IMG/VR virus record: IMGVR_UViG_3300046167_000883
Location: 32,001-96,000 of that record
From: a virus
Length of the DNA stretch: 64,000 bases
Strand: one strand, 5' to 3'
This document shows, one piece after another, positions 20,166 to 31,478 of the stretch (position 1 is the first letter of the stretch; every line of letters begins with the position of its first letter). A program made the translations under genes and the position numbers. The notes under the pieces were generated by a model. That model was given only the letters and a program-made list of their open reading frames with translations. It made no database searches and was not told where the DNA came from.

Positions 20166-21017
20166 ATGAAGCCGCAATACCAGCATAAAGTAATTACAAG
20201 TTTCCTTTTGTGGTTTGATAACCATCTTCTAAAAAAAGGAGAGGCTTATTCAAATAAAACTGGCACACTACACTACCTTGACGACTCAAGATTACCAGAT
20301 TCTTACAAAACTTATTCAAGCCCCTACAAGCAGTGGGTTACAGATAGCTCTATAGTTGGTTCTGAAAATCCGATTATCCCCACACAATTCATGGGTAGCG
20401 GAAGAAATGATGGTATCATTTTTGATTTTGAAAATGGTAGAATTATTGAAACGGGCGGCAGTTTTGACACGCAAGAAACAATTACTGGGACTTTTGCGGT
20501 AAAAGATTTCAATATCTATCTCACAAACGAAACAGAAGAAGATTTAATTTTAGAAAACAAATTTGTACAAAACAGTAGATATGGCGATTCTGAAAACGGA
20601 ATTAAACCATACGATCAAGTTGTGCCAGCTATTTTTATTAATAGCGAAACTATTCAAAATGTCCCATTTGCTTTTGGCGGAGAAGATGAAACAAGAATGA
20701 CGATTAAAGCTGTTGTTTTGGCAGAAGATTCTTACAGCTTAGATGGTGTGCTTTCCATCTTTGCCGACTCAAGACACGAAAATGTTAATATAATTCCATT
20801 CAGCGGTCACCCCGCCACAGAATACGGAGACATCAAAAACGGCTCCTATAACTATACAGACCTCATCAATACCCACAAGGGTTCGGAAGTTCCTTTATAT
20901 ATTGAAGATGTGGTCGTATCAAAACTTTCAGATAAAGCACAAAAACAATCCATAGGGGATTTAAAGGTTGGTTTCATTGATTTTGATGTATATCAGCATA
21001 GGTTCCCTAGATTATAA
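20166..21017 (+). CDS. putative tail terminator protein
   Basis: Directly precedes the tail tube gene; VPAIFI...PFAFGG pattern. Confidence 0.5.
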   Translation: MKPQYQHKVITSFLLWFDNHLLKKGEAYSNKTGTLHYLDDSRLPDSYKTYSSPYKQWVTDSSIVGSENPIIPTQFMGSGRNDGIIFDFENGRIIETGGSFDTQETITGTFAVKDFNIYLTNETEEDLILENKFVQNSRYGDSENGIKPYDQVVPAIFINSETIQNVPFAFGGEDETRMTIKAVVLAEDSYSLDGVLSIFADSRHENVNIIPFSGHPATEYGDIKNGSYNYTDLINTHKGSEVPLYIEDVVVSKLSDKAQKQSIGDLKVGFIDFDVYQHRFPRL

Positions 21018-21060
21018 ATTTCACATTTAACTTAAAAAACTGTAAACAATATAAAATATC

Positions 21061-22167
21061 ATGGCTAGAAATCGAGTAATTTATCAATCCGAAGCTTTGT
21101 ACGTCAGTGAAGATGCTTCTTCAACTGCGAAAACAAAGCACGAGCAACTCCAAAGAGTTCAATCCGCGAACTATTCCTTTAATATTTCGCGTCAAGACAT
21201 CAATCAGTATGGTCAACTTGGTCGCATTGATTCTGTTGTTTTAGAAGCACCAACGGTATCTTTTGATACGAGCTACTATCTTGGCGATGGTTTCAATGAG
21301 GAAGCTCTTGGGTTTGGCGAAGATAGTGCCTTTGGGGTTGGTTTTGCCTCTGGTCACATGACAGCAACATCTGGCAAAAATCTTTACATTTTGACATCTC
21401 CAGAAGGTGTTGATACAATCCAAAATGATTCAGGTAGTTCTGTAATTGGAATTGGCAACGCTTATTTAACCGATTATACACTTGACGCTTCTGTTGGATC
21501 TATCCCAACGGTTTCTGTATCCTTTGAGGGCGCTAACATCGCAGCAGATAATGCTATTAGTGGTAGCGCTGCTGGTTATAGTGGATTTAGCACCTGCGCA
21601 ATTAAAACAGATGACGGAACTAAATTAACTAATGCAGTTACATTGCCAGCAGCTACAACTGGTGTAGGTTCAGTTACAGCGCTTCGTCCTGGCGACATTT
21701 CAATTGATTTTGGAGACGCTTCTTCACAGGCTGAAGACGGCCCGATTGTTAACATTGATTCAGATGAAGACGGCGCCCACATTCAAAGCGCGTCTCTCTC
21801 AATTGGGATGTCTCGTTCACCACTTGAAAGACTTGGAACTAAGTTCCCGTTTGCAAGAACTGTTGATTTCCCAGTAACCGCCTCCCTTAGTGTTTCTGCT
21901 ATCGTCAATGAAGTTACGGCTGCAAACCTTGCCGATATTATTAGCGGTCAAGATGCAACTACTATTCAAGTGACCTTTAAAGACACTAACGGAACTGCTG
22001 CCGCTTCCTACAAGCTCGTTGGCGCAAAACTTGATTCAGAATCCTTTAGTTCTGCAATTGGTTCCAACAAAACTGCTGATCTAACATTCTCAGTTCAAAT
22101 TGGTGGTCCAAACGATACAACTAATAATATTCTGTTCTCTGGAGCAAACTCAACTACTCCATTTTAA
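21061..22167 (+). CDS. major tail (tube) protein
   Basis: Ser/Thr/Gly/Ala-rich 368 aa; has its own strong promoter (CTGTAAACAATA) and a UUCG terminator. Confidence 0.75.
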   Translation: MARNRVIYQSEALYVSEDASSTAKTKHEQLQRVQSANYSFNISRQDINQYGQLGRIDSVVLEAPTVSFDTSYYLGDGFNEEALGFGEDSAFGVGFASGHMTATSGKNLYILTSPEGVDTIQNDSGSSVIGIGNAYLTDYTLDASVGSIPTVSVSFEGANIAADNAISGSAAGYSGFSTCAIKTDDGTKLTNAVTLPAATTGVGSVTALRPGDISIDFGDASSQAEDGPIVNIDSDEDGAHIQSASLSIGMSRSPLERLGTKFPFARTVDFPVTASLSVSAIVNEVTAANLADIISGQDATTIQVTFKDTNGTAAASYKLVGAKLDSESFSSAIGSNKTADLTFSVQIGGPNDTTNNILFSGANSTTPF

Positions 22168-22192
22168 TAATATATACTAAATAAACTTACTA

Positions 22193-22218
22193 GCCGCCCT
22201 TCGGGGCGGTTTTTTTTT
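22193..22218 (+). terminator. rho-independent terminator
   Basis: GCCGCCC-TTCG-GGGCGGT followed by T8. Confidence 0.9.
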
Positions 22219-22233
22219 GTGTAAATAAACTAT

Positions 22234-25200
22234 ATGGCAAGAAATAGGACAATCTACCAATCAGAGGCTATTTATGTTAGCGATAATATTAATTCAATTA
22301 CTAAATCAGAACATAAAAACATAAGTAGGGTACAATCTGCAAATTATGGATTTTCTATTAATAGAGAAAGGGTTAACCAATACGGCCAACTTGGTGAAAT
22401 AGATTCTATTGTAGTTGAGGCGCCAAATGTTGACTTTGAAATGTCCTATTATCTCACCAATGGGGATAATGAATACTTTTTAAATTTGGATACTGGTTAT
22501 GGCGGCTTTTTAAAAAATCAAATAATAAGTTCTGGCCAAAATATCTACATCGCTAACACAAAAGAAGGTTCTGATATAAACGACACAAGCGCCAATGACT
22601 TTAATGTCATTAGTATCGGCAATGCGTTTGTAACAGATTATACAGTAGATTTTGGCGTCGGCTCCCTGCCCAAAGTAAATGTCGGATTCTCTGCTTTAAA
22701 TATTTCCTCTCAAACAAATCTAACAAAAACATCTGGTCATTTTGTTGGTATTGAAAACGCGGGTGTTAATCCACTGAACGGAGTTAAAAGCACACAACAA
22801 ATAGAAGTTCTAGCTGAAATTAATCAATCTGGACAAAGCGCAATTCGTCCATCCGATACATCCATAACAATCACCCCAACAAAAACGCTTGGGGATAACG
22901 ATTCAATATCAATCCTCTCAACACTTGATAGTGGCGCACATATTCAGACAGCTTCGCTTAATGTAAATCTAGATAGAACAAGTTTGCAAAGATTGGGTAG
23001 TAATCTCGCTTATGCTAAAGTTGTAGAACCTCCTACAAATGCCACCGTTTCAATTAGCGCTATAGTTAACGAAGTTAAATCTTCATCTCTTTCTGATATT
23101 TTAGATCACTCAAACGAATATACAATCGAGATAGAATCAGTAGATCCAGACGGATATCAGTTATGTAAGTATTCTTTAGTTGGTGCAAAATTAGACTCAG
23201 AATCTTTTGGCTCTGCCATTGGATCAAATAAAGTTGTTGATTTGACTTTTACAACTCAGTTGGGCGGAATTGGTCAAACTAACTATAATATGTTTTTTGA
23301 GAAATATGGGTTCTTGGATTTCTTCCCTTCAGCAGCCGCCGCATATTCTCTTAGAAATTTAACCGCAGACTTTGATCAAAAAATTGTTAGAGTTCGTAGA
23401 GAATCTGACAACTCTGAAAGAGATTTTACCGAATACGATATTAAAAACGGCACAATGGTTGATTGGGTTAATAAGCAAGTTATTCGCCCATTAGATATTC
23501 GAAAATTGGATGACGCAAATGGCAACCGTCCAGATACAAACGATTTTATTGATACTCCCGCCGCCGCTTATTCTCTTCGTAGTTTAGGGGAGAACCAAGC
23601 AAATATAACAATTGACGATTCTAGCGATGAGAGAGACGGGGAAACTGGAAAGTTCGTAGTACAGACGCGCCGCAACGTGGACGGAGCCACCAAGAGCTTT
23701 ACCGCTGACGAGGTTACTGACGGTACGCTGGAGAATTTTGTAAGTACTGGTGAGGTTGTTTATTCCAGCGACTTCAGCGTGAACGCAAACAACGTAATCC
23801 ACAATGTTGGTGCAACCAAATTAAGTGTAACTGGAAACAATGATGGAATAAGTGACGGCTCCGTCACTAAGGACAATGTACTGAAGGTTGAAAACATTGG
23901 TGATGTTCCTGCTGCCCCGCAGCTTAGAATTAACACCGATGAGTACGAGGACTCAACAAAGGGTTCGGTTACCTTTACTTATTACGTACCAACTGGTCAT
24001 CCTATTGTTGGCAACTACTGGCACATAGGTGCTTCCTTGGCTGTTGATGGAACTGAGACATCTTACTCTCCTGCTGGTGTTCAGATTGTAGGAGGTGTTT
24101 GGACTACAGCTACAGTTGCTTACGAGAACAAGCCAAGTACAAAACGATTTTTAACAATCATTGACGAGGAAGTAGCTGACGGTACTGCACCTGCATTTAT
24201 TCCAGAGGGTGATGTTGGTGACTTCTATTACATCAGTGAAATCAAAGTGTACCGCAACGAGGAGCTAGGGCTTCCTCTTGACCAAGCTACAGGAGCAGCA
24301 GCGGCTTACTCCCTGCGTAACCTTAGCTCAAGCTACACTGGTGATGTTGTAGAGGTACGCCGTAACGTGGACGGGGAGACTGAGGGCTTTACCGCTGCCG
24401 AGGTTACTGACGGTACGATGGAGAAGTGGGTCGAAGGTTGGGAACTTTATACACCCAGTACCAAGACGCTTATAAATGAGCCATACTGGGATTTGATTCC
24501 TACTGATAATCAAAACTTTCAGATAATAAGTAACAATGCTGACTCCGAAAGTGCAAGCTGGCGGCAAGTTAGCTTGGTTAATTCGCAAGACCTTAGAGTT
24601 GGAAAAACCCTAGTTACATTCGATGTAACGGTTAATAGTGGTACACTTAGTACTGGCAACACGGACACTTCACTTTCTTTATACGGAAGGGATGGTTCTT
24701 TAGATGGCAATATTTCTGATATTAAGCAGCTTAGTGAAGGGTTTAATTCGCATATACTGGAAACCGTTGACAACGCATTTGGTCACGTTCCAGATATTTT
24801 CTTTTCCAGCGGACCAAATAGTAAGTTTGACGTAACAATCTCCAACCTCAAGGTCTACAAAAGCGTCGTCAACGAGCTTCCTCTTGACCAAACAAACTCT
24901 TATTCCTCCGTAACCTTTACTGGGACTTGGGCTGAAGCCAAGGCTCACGCTGAGGCTAACGGGGGGAGACTTGCTGTTTTAGATACGCAACAAAAAATTG
25001 ATGCAGCCAATAAATATTTACTGTCCTTGGGAAGCTGGGGGACTCATTGGATTGGGTTAAGCGACATTGATACCGAGGGTTCATTTACTTGGATAACTGG
25101 CAAGGGACTTACCGCGAACCAATGGAAAGACGGCGAACCTAATAATGCTGGAGATGAGGATGTTGTTGAAATTGTAAACGGTGACACTTCAACTGGTGTG

Positions 25201-28200
25201 CGCGGTTGGAATGACAGTAAAGTAACAACTATAAGAAACTTTTATTTGTTTGAAACGCAGGAATCCAAAGCAGCTTACTCCCTGCGTAACCTTAGCTCAA
25301 GCTTCACTGGCAATGTGGTTGAGGTACGCCGTTCAAGCGATGATGCATACACGGAGCTTTACGGCATCCGAGGTTGCTGATGGTACGCTGGACGGATTGG
25401 GTGAATGCGGAGATTGTTCACTATGAATCCGATTTCAGTGAAAATACTAATGGGTGGAATGTAACTGATGGGTCACTGTCGGTGTCAGATGGGGCTATGG
25501 TTCTTGCGCCTAATACGAGTTCAACTACTCATTTTGCGAACAGATCCTCTAGTCTTCCCGTAGGTAAAAAACTTAGGGTCACCTTTGATGTAAAGATTCC
25601 AAGCGGTCAATCTATTGTTACTGGATTTAGAGCCACTGAAGTTAGCGGCGCTTTAATCAAATATGTTACCAGTCAAACTCAGGGTGAGTTTGTTAGCTAC
25701 TCAGAAGAAATAACTCCAACCAACACTGGGTTAATAAGATTTTTTGCCGCCACAAACACGGGCGGAGGCGTAACATTCAGCGGTAATGACTCAGAAAAGC
25801 TAATCATTAAAAACATTGTCGTAACAGTCATTGATGATGACGGACACGTCAGTACTTGGTACGACCAATCAGGCAGCGACAATCACGCAGTGCAGACGGA
25901 TACTGCAAAGCAGCCTAAGATTGTTGAGGGTGGTACGCTACTAAAGGATTCCAATAATAATCCAGAGGTTGTGTTTACTAGAGGTGATGCTCAATTCCTG
26001 ACAGCTTCATCACCCATAGCATTTAATGACGTATTCTTTAAGTTTAGACGTACCGATGCGACTAACGCGACCAACGGTATACTTACTGAAGCATCCAGTG
26101 GAGTATACCCCTACACTTATATCCATCACTCCAGTCAAACATTTTCGTTTGATGGGAATGCAAGTGACACGGTAAACTTATCCTTTAATGGTCAGTACGA
26201 GGAAAACCAAAGTACTGACAAGGGTGGGCTTGTTACTATTGATGACCACTTAGTTTATCTAAACTACACAAGCAATCCAGATGCCATCAGCGATATTGGT
26301 AAGTTGTATAATGGCTCCCCTATTTATGGTAGCTTTGGCGCAGGTGAGTTTATTTTCTACGACTCCGACCAGTCAACAAAGCGCAGAGCTATTGAGGAGA
26401 ACATCGCTAATCACTACGACATTTCCCTAGCAGCCTTCTCGCGGGATGGTACAGTCAAAACTTGGTACGACCAGAGTGAAACCAATGGTGTACCTAATGC
26501 CAATCACGCAGTGCAGACTGACCCTACGAAGCAGCCTAAGATTGTTGTGAATGGGAATCTGTTGGAGGATGGTGTCACATTTGACGAAGCCAATGAAACA
26601 GAACTCAAAGTTACTGGTGACCCAGTTATTACTGCGGACTATACTGGTACTTATAGTGCATTCAGTATTCAAAAGATTAGCAATAGTGAGTCTGGTTATT
26701 TGTACGGGAATGCATCTCCATCGGATGGCTCTTCAATTTATAATAATGGTTCTAATTACGCGGCGACCAACAAAAACAATGCGGCACTTGATGAAATAAG
26801 TAAAACCAGTTCCAAAAATTTACTGTCAGCTGTGTATAATAATGGTGACGCTGGGCTATTAGTAAACGGTGATGGGACAATGGTCGACCAGGGTACTTAT
26901 GACTTTAATGCTGGGACATCTGATTTTATTATCGGAAATAGAAACGGAGGGTCAGAGGCATCTCACTATTTAGATGGAACCATTGCTGAAATCATCATCT
27001 ACAACTCCGACCAGTCAACAAAGCGCAGAGCGATTGAGGAAAACATCGCTAATCACTACAACATTTCTCTAGCAGCCTTCTCGCGGGATGGTACAGTCAG
27101 TACTTGGTACGACCAATCAGGCAGCGACAATCACGCAACTCAGACTGACCCTACGAAGCAGCCTAAGATTGTTGATGGTGGTAGTCTATTAAAGTTAAAT
27201 GGTAAACCATCTATTGATTTCTCTACAGTTGATGGCTACCTTGAACTTAGCCAAGAAGTGGATACTAGCAATAAACCCTGTTCAATTATTGCGGCTACTG
27301 AACCAACAAATAAAGCTTTAATTGGTCAAACTTCAAATCGTCGTCTAGTTTTCAACTCTTCTGATGCTAGATTTGGATTAAGCGTTTCAGCGATAACTGA
27401 GGACTACCCTTCGGTAAGCGGAGGTGCTGTGTTTACGGCTATTCACAACGGAACAACAACTGCTCCTAATGTTGTAATTTACGCAAACGGAAGTGCCTCA
27501 ACAACAAATGATTCAAATCAAGGTTCACCTATGACCGTTGGTGTAATTGATTTCATAGGGGTTAACCTTGGTTCTGCTGTTATTTCTTATTTTGATAAAA
27601 AATTACCAGAAGTAATCATCTACAACTCCGACCAAACAGCCAACCGTACAGCTATTGAGGCTAACATAGGTGAGACCTACGGCATTACTGCAATCCCTGC
27701 TGCTAACGATACAGTCAACGGCTTCGTGCAGACGTGGTACGACCAGAGCGGTAGTGGCAATGACGCGGAGCAGACGACTGCCTCGAAGCAGCCTAAGATT
27801 GTTGTGAATGGCACTTATCTAGGAGAGATAAAGTTTGAGAATGGATTGTACGTACAAAAGACAGGTCTTAGTCTAAGTGGACCATTTTCTACATTTTCTT
27901 TATCCAACGCTAACTCTCAACATAATGGAGCGTTATTAAATTTTGGTACTAGTTTTTCACAGCAATACCGAAGTAACCTAAGCCTCCTATTGCAATATGG
28001 TGACACGAACTTCTCAAGTGCAGGCGCGTATACCGTAGGGGAGCAAAACGTAATGAGCTTCATCTTCGACACAACTGGCTTAGGATACTACAATGGTACA
28101 GAAGTAATTAATGATGCGACTACTGGTGCTACCGCAACTCAATTTAGAGTCGGAAATAGTCCGTTTGGTCTAGATGGGGATGTTAAGGAAATCATCATAT

Positions 28201-28277
28201 ACAATTCAAACCAATCAGCCAATCGTCCTGCTATTGAAGCTAACATCGCCAACCAGTACGGCATTACCCTATCTTAA
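22234..28277 (+). CDS. giant tail protein/adhesin: tail-tube paralog fused to nested ConA/LamG-like modules, CBM-like inserts and a C-type lectin (split by two +1 errors near 25348 and 25391)
   Basis: N-terminal ~350 aa is paralogous to 21061 (MARNRxIYQSEA). Removing two bases restores RRSSDDATRSFTASEVADGTLTDWV, which matches the three sister repeats and joins ORFs 22234..25380 and 25374..28277. Confidence 0.8.
25848..27180 (+). repeat. near-identical direct repeats at adhesin module junctions
   Basis: 26362-26472 matches 27004-27114 (ACTCCGACCAGTCAACAAAGCGCAGAGC...GCAGCCTTCTCGCGGGATGGTACAGTCA); 25848-25889 = 27096-27137 (GTCAGTACTTGGTACGACCAATCAGGCAGCGACAATCACGCA). Confidence 0.85.
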
Positions 28278-28279
28278 TT

Positions 28280-28513
28280 ATGTACCTAATCTACGAAACC
28301 GAACAAGGAGCTATTGACCGCGCTGACGAGGAGGGCAAGTACCTGAACTTCTCTTACTGGACTGAAGGCAAAGGCACACGCTGGCTGACCGCTCCAGTGC
28401 CTACGGCTAACGGCAAGTGGGCATTAGACGTATCTTCCTATAATCTATCTGAACTAGAATTCTTTTCTACAGAAGATGCATTTACTCCCCTTGAAGAGAG
28501 CGAAGGAGATTAA
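28280..28513 (+). CDS. small protein following the adhesin (possible fiber chaperone)
   Basis: 77 aa, YLIYETEQ...GKWALDV, directly after the adhesin stop. Confidence 0.6.
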   Translation: MYLIYETEQGAIDRADEEGKYLNFSYWTEGKGTRWLTAPVPTANGKWALDVSSYNLSELEFFSTEDAFTPLEESEGD

Positions 28514-28959
28514 TCCGCGTCGACCGTCTTAATTTCTCCAACCTGTCTTGGGCTTGATTGGTAATTATTGTATTTGCCAATCATGTCCTGTAAGTTGTTG
28601 TAAGCGTCCTGAGCGAGTCCTTTATACACTTTGGATACTTCGTTCCTATTAACAAAAGAAACGACCTGTTCGCCATCCTGAACGCTTAAAACACCATTTG
28701 TGTTGTCAGTTATGCCGCGCAAAGTGTTTCGGGCTTGTTTTGTATAGTAATGATACAAATACATCTCCTTGTAGATGTTCTGCTCTTCTAATTGCAAACC
28801 CTCTACGTTTCCATTAACGCCAGAAAAACTTGTATAAAGTACATTATTAAGCTGACCAATATTGTTATCCAGCCATCCAGAAATAGACTCAACCGTTACT
28901 CCAGTGGAGTCAAATTCGTTTTCGTAAATAGATGTGGCTAGGTTTCCAATGTCGCTCAT
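28510..28959 (-). CDS. putative head-tail adaptor
   Basis: Helical 149 aa downstream of the MCP; LSVQDGEQVVSF motif. Confidence 0.5.
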   Translation of the reverse strand: MSDIGNLATSIYENEFDSTGVTVESISGWLDNNIGQLNNVLYTSFSGVNGNVEGLQLEEQNIYKEMYLYHYYTKQARNTLRGITDNTNGVLSVQDGEQVVSFVNRNEVSKVYKGLAQDAYNNLQDMIGKYNNYQSSPRQVGEIKTVDAD

Positions 28960-29567
28960 GATTGTCTTTGATATTCTTGGCTAATGACTTTAATTAGTCT
29001 TTCTCTATCAAAGCTTGGATTAAACCCCAGACGTGCGGCAGTTTCTTGAAGCTCTGATAAAGTTTTTGATTTTAATGTTTTGTTTAAATCATTTACACTT
29101 TTAGAACCTTCAAATGCATCAGACAGCGCTCCTTTTTCTGCTTTTTTACTGGCGGTTGTTTGAACAAACCCATTAGTGGAGGCCCAAGAATGGAAAGCTT
29201 GCAACAATTCAGCCTTTTGATCCCCCTCCGAAGAATAATGTCTAGCCGCAACCCTCTCTGCTATTGTCGCCATTTCATCTCTGGACATTGTATCAAGTCG
29301 TCGTCTGAATACGCGCACATCAGCGGTTTTAAACGGGCTGATCTTGTCTGTGCCAAAAAGTTTTTCTTTTTCTTCAATGAGGTCTACTTCGTCCCTCTCT
29401 TTACCGTCGGTGTATTCTAAATTTTCTAAAGCATCACCTTTTTGCATTTCTTCATTATTGATCTCATCACCTTCTACTGCTGTAGCGATTTCTAAATCTT
29501 CTTCTACAACAGGCTGTTTGACAAATTTTTGCCCTTCTTCGTTAATCTGTTTAGATAATTCATCCAT
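28956..29567 (-). CDS. hypothetical protein
   Basis: 203-aa acidic ORF downstream of the MCP terminator. Confidence 0.7.
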   Translation of the reverse strand: MDELSKQINEEGQKFVKQPVVEEDLEIATAVEGDEINNEEMQKGDALENLEYTDGKERDEVDLIEEKEKLFGTDKISPFKTADVRVFRRRLDTMSRDEMATIAERVAARHYSSEGDQKAELLQAFHSWASTNGFVQTTASKKAEKGALSDAFEGSKSVNDLNKTLKSKTLSELQETAARLGFNPSFDRERLIKVISQEYQRQS

Positions 29568-29600
29568 AATAGTATTATAAAAACAAAATAAAAAAATTCA

Positions 29601-29632
29601 AAAAAAAAGGGCCGCCCCGAAGGACGACCCTT
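29601..29632 (-). terminator. rho-independent terminator after MCP
   Basis: Minus strand AAGGGTCGTCC-TTCG-GGGCGGCCC followed by T8. Confidence 0.9.
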
Positions 29633-29651
29633 AAAGTTTAACACAAGAGCT

Positions 29652-30804
29652 TTATGCTCCCATGATTGCTGTACCAACAAGGGCGCGATTGTCAATAACA
29701 ACTCGACCTTCTTCGATAGAACCGAAGTAACCGATCTTGTTTTGACGAATGCTGTATTGGTCATCAGCGATAAGGTTGAATTCACCACCGTTTTCGCTAT
29801 CAACAGCAACTGGGCGAACAAGAGACTCGCGAGTGCGATCGATACCGAGAACAAGTTCATCAGTACCAGCAAAAGCTTGGTCACCAGCGCCACCGCCAGC
29901 AAGAGGAATGTTTCCACTTTGATAGCCAGTGAAGATGTCGTTGAACTTTCTCGACGAACCGCCAAGTCCACTACCACCCATTTCGTTAAGCTCGATGACA
30001 TTGATACCATAGAACTCAGGAGCGCCAGCAGCTTGGAAAGCTTGTTCAGCGATCACATCAGCAGTACGAACATTGCTGTTCGCAGATGCTTGAGGAGCAG
30101 CCTTAGTGTTGATTGGGTTGTAAGCAATCGCACGAAGCTCTTCAACGATTTCAGGAGAGCAGATGATGTCTGTGATGCCGCGACCTTGGCGAGCATCAGG
30201 AGTACCACCAACAAAAGAAGTAACGATTCTCTTCGAACGAGTAATCATGCGATTAAGGTCAGCGAGAACGAATCTGTTGTTAGCAGCACCTTCTTCAAGG
30301 TGAGCAGAGTTGCTAGTGAAAGCATCTGCAAGAGCCTTAAGGACAACATTTGCAGAAATGGTGTTTTGCTTAAGAAGGATTTCTTGTGCAACACGAGTCA
30401 TTGTCTTAGCGACAACGTCCATGCGGCTCTTAGCAGCGTAACGACGGTCAAAGCTTACTGCGGAATCAAGGCTGTAAGTAGCTAACTTGAGTTCCGAAGA
30501 TGTTGGAAGAACTTCCGAAGTAGGAAGACCACCAGCACGGCTTTGGCTGTAAACTTGTACATAGTCCTTCGTCAGCAACGTCATAGTACAAATCCAACGG
30601 AATCGAAGGATTGTCGTCAGCGTTGTACTGAAGAGTCGTGAAGAGGTTAGACAATGCAGGAGCATTGTTGATAACTTCTGCGAGAACAGGTCCGATAAAC
30701 TCAGCAAGAGCAGTTTGAGCTTCGTAAGCAACGTCACGGTTGCGGGAAGCCATTGCCTTTACAAGCTCGACTTGTTCTGGAGTATTTTTCAAAGTAATTT
30801 TCAT
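29652..30804 (-). CDS. major capsid protein (split by a +1 G at ~30566)
   Basis: ORFs 30466..30804 and 29652..30737 join as DVADE-DYVQVYSQS, giving ~383 aa. Canonical position after protease/scaffold and decoration genes; biased codons; UUCG terminator. Confidence 0.85.
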
Positions 30805-30825
30805 AATTTTAAATTTCCTTTCTTA

Positions 30826-31449
30826 TTAACCAAGTTTGACGATAACATAGTCGCCACCAAACTGATCGGTGAGGCCGCCATTAGTAGTGGCGCGTGAACC
30901 AGTTCCAAGAACCATACCGATAGAAGCAGCGGAACCTACAGTAGCAGGACCTACAGTACCAGTGCCAGCAACTTCAAAACCGTCACCGATAGTGAACACA
31001 GAAGCTGCACCACCTTCGATGGCATTTGCACTCAAGGTAAAGATACCCTTAGTTGCAACAGGAACAGTTTGGCCAGGAAGAACAGCTTGAAGCTCTTCTT
31101 TCTTGGTCGTATTATAAAGAAGTTTCTCACCATTCTCATCAGTTTTAGCTGTTTGATTCAAGGTCAATCCAAGAGGAATTTCGCCCGAAGCAGCAGCAGC
31201 AACTTCTAGAGGATTAGTAGGATACATGTCGCCACCAACAAATGGGTAATCCCTCTTTCCAAGATAGTCGTTAGAACCGTAAGTAATAACGTCCTGGTCG
31301 AAGTTACCGTCAGTGACCTTAACGAAAACGCCGTTAGAACCCTCGCCGTCACCAGTGGTGGACTCAAGAACGTCGGCATTTTGAAGAGCAAAAACGTTAA
31401 CAACGTCTTGCTCGTCATATTGTCTGAATGGAAGTAATCTAAGTGCCAT
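30826..31449 (-). CDS. capsid decoration/cement protein
   Basis: Gly/Ala/Thr-rich 207 aa immediately upstream of the MCP; VPVATKGIF motif. Confidence 0.6.
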   Translation of the reverse strand: MALRLLPFRQYDEQDVVNVFALQNADVLESTTGDGEGSNGVFVKVTDGNFDQDVITYGSNDYLGKRDYPFVGGDMYPTNPLEVAAAASGEIPLGLTLNQTAKTDENGEKLLYNTTKKEELQAVLPGQTVPVATKGIFTLSANAIEGGAASVFTIGDGFEVAGTGTVGPATVGSAASIGMVLGTGSRATTNGGLTDQFGGDYVIVKLG

Positions 31450-31478
31450 AATTTTTTTAAGTTTAAATTTTGTTTTGT

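Noticed and set aside
24905-25260. Diversity-generating retroelement target
   Set aside because: No reverse transcriptase and no template repeat differing only at adenines.
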